DNA of 53,669 bases, filler included, from Sphacelaria rigidula (taxonomy: Eukaryota), in assembly GCA_964200075.2 (NCBI GenBank). It is 5 parts of 5 records of this genome, joined end to end, with 100 filler letters (N's around TTAATTAATTAA, not from the genome) between each part and the next. Parts side by side here need not be neighbours in the genome. Positions count along the whole stretch, not along the records: positions 43,017 to 53,669 come from CAXNAA020006139.1; 4 more parts are not named here. One strand, written 5' to 3'. The stretch's first letter is position 1, and the number at the start of each line of letters is the position of its first letter. The notes beneath the pieces were generated by a model that worked only from the letters and a program-made list of their open reading frames with translations, had not been told where the DNA came from and searched no databases. A program made the translations under genes and the position numbers. This document shows positions 52,801 through 53,669 of the stretch, piece after piece.

Positions 52801-53669
52801 AATTCATGACAAATGACTTTCATATGGACCACACCATCCCTGCCGATCTTCCTAGAACTATTTCGAGGGATTTCTAGCCTTCCGTTCTCCCCAAAGGGTA
52901 TGTGCGAAAGCACGATTTTGGGGACAAAAACGTCTTTTTTTCATCCCGAAATCGAAGCAAACATAAATGCTGGGGTCCCAGATGAATAAAAAAATTTGGG
53001 ACATTTCGGTGATGCGATCGGATCGGCGAAAATCCTCGAAATTGGTTTTGCACCTAGGTCCCCAACATTTTAGTTATCGAACTCCAAGTTTGTATGGCGT
53101 GTAGTACTTGTCCATTCAAGTAGCAGGTGAAGTAACGGAACAACATCAAAAATAATTGGTGTGGATGCGAAGATTTTCAATCCTCCGGGTTCTCATCCTC
53201 AATGAAAAATTCCTTCCTCAATTAATTTCGGTTATCGGCTGATGAAAACGTCTTTCTGGAACCACCATATCGTTTTACGCCCCAAAAGAGAGCTAGGCGG
53301 ATTTTGGCAGCACTGCACTCCAATGTGTCAAAATCCGCCTAGCTCTCGTTTCGGGCGTAAAGCGACGTAAAAGCTCCAAAACTGCTATTTCAAATATTTT
53401 ATATTATGTGCCATAAGGAGCGGACCCAAAAAACAGGTGAGAAAAATTTCAAATCTAAGGCCGGATGTTACGGCAGAATTTTGGCCCACGGATTGTTCAC
53501 TTTTGGGACGTTTGTCCCCCTTTTTGATCCCCAAACAGGGAAAATCGTCAACACACATCTTGGACACTTTGCATCACCCCACAGAGAGGAGCCTAGTCTG
53601 CTTTTCAGATGCGCTTGGCTCCAAGGTTTCGAGATCGGCCGCTGAACAAAAATTGGGGTGCGAAAATCT

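Overview
Repeat-rich eukaryotic DNA, most likely from a brown alga (Phaeophyceae). This is inferred from intron style and the RTE/SINE/MITE families, not verified. The window is five contigs joined by artificial 100-nt linkers (N-TTAATTAATTAA-N). Host genes appear only as spliced fragments: the 3' part of an outer-dynein-arm docking complex coiled-coil gene (ODA-DC2/CCDC114-like, 1408-7480), two MSH3 exons (29484-30799) and two exons of a sulfotransferase-fold gene (minus, 42166-40655). The rest is mostly mobile DNA: hAT MITEs with 8-bp TSDs, foldback MITEs, tRNA-derived SINEs, RTE LINE fragments and an RT-less Ty3/Gypsy-like LTR element. Best leads: (1) a decayed candidate tyrosine recombinase (34520-33020) within a ~7 kb cluster of short-intron pseudogenes of unknown function; (2) non-coding ~0.5 kb units joined at a recurrent GAGTAC-poly(C) junction, suggestive of site-specific insertion. 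All protein assignments come from motif recognition by eye; no searches were run.
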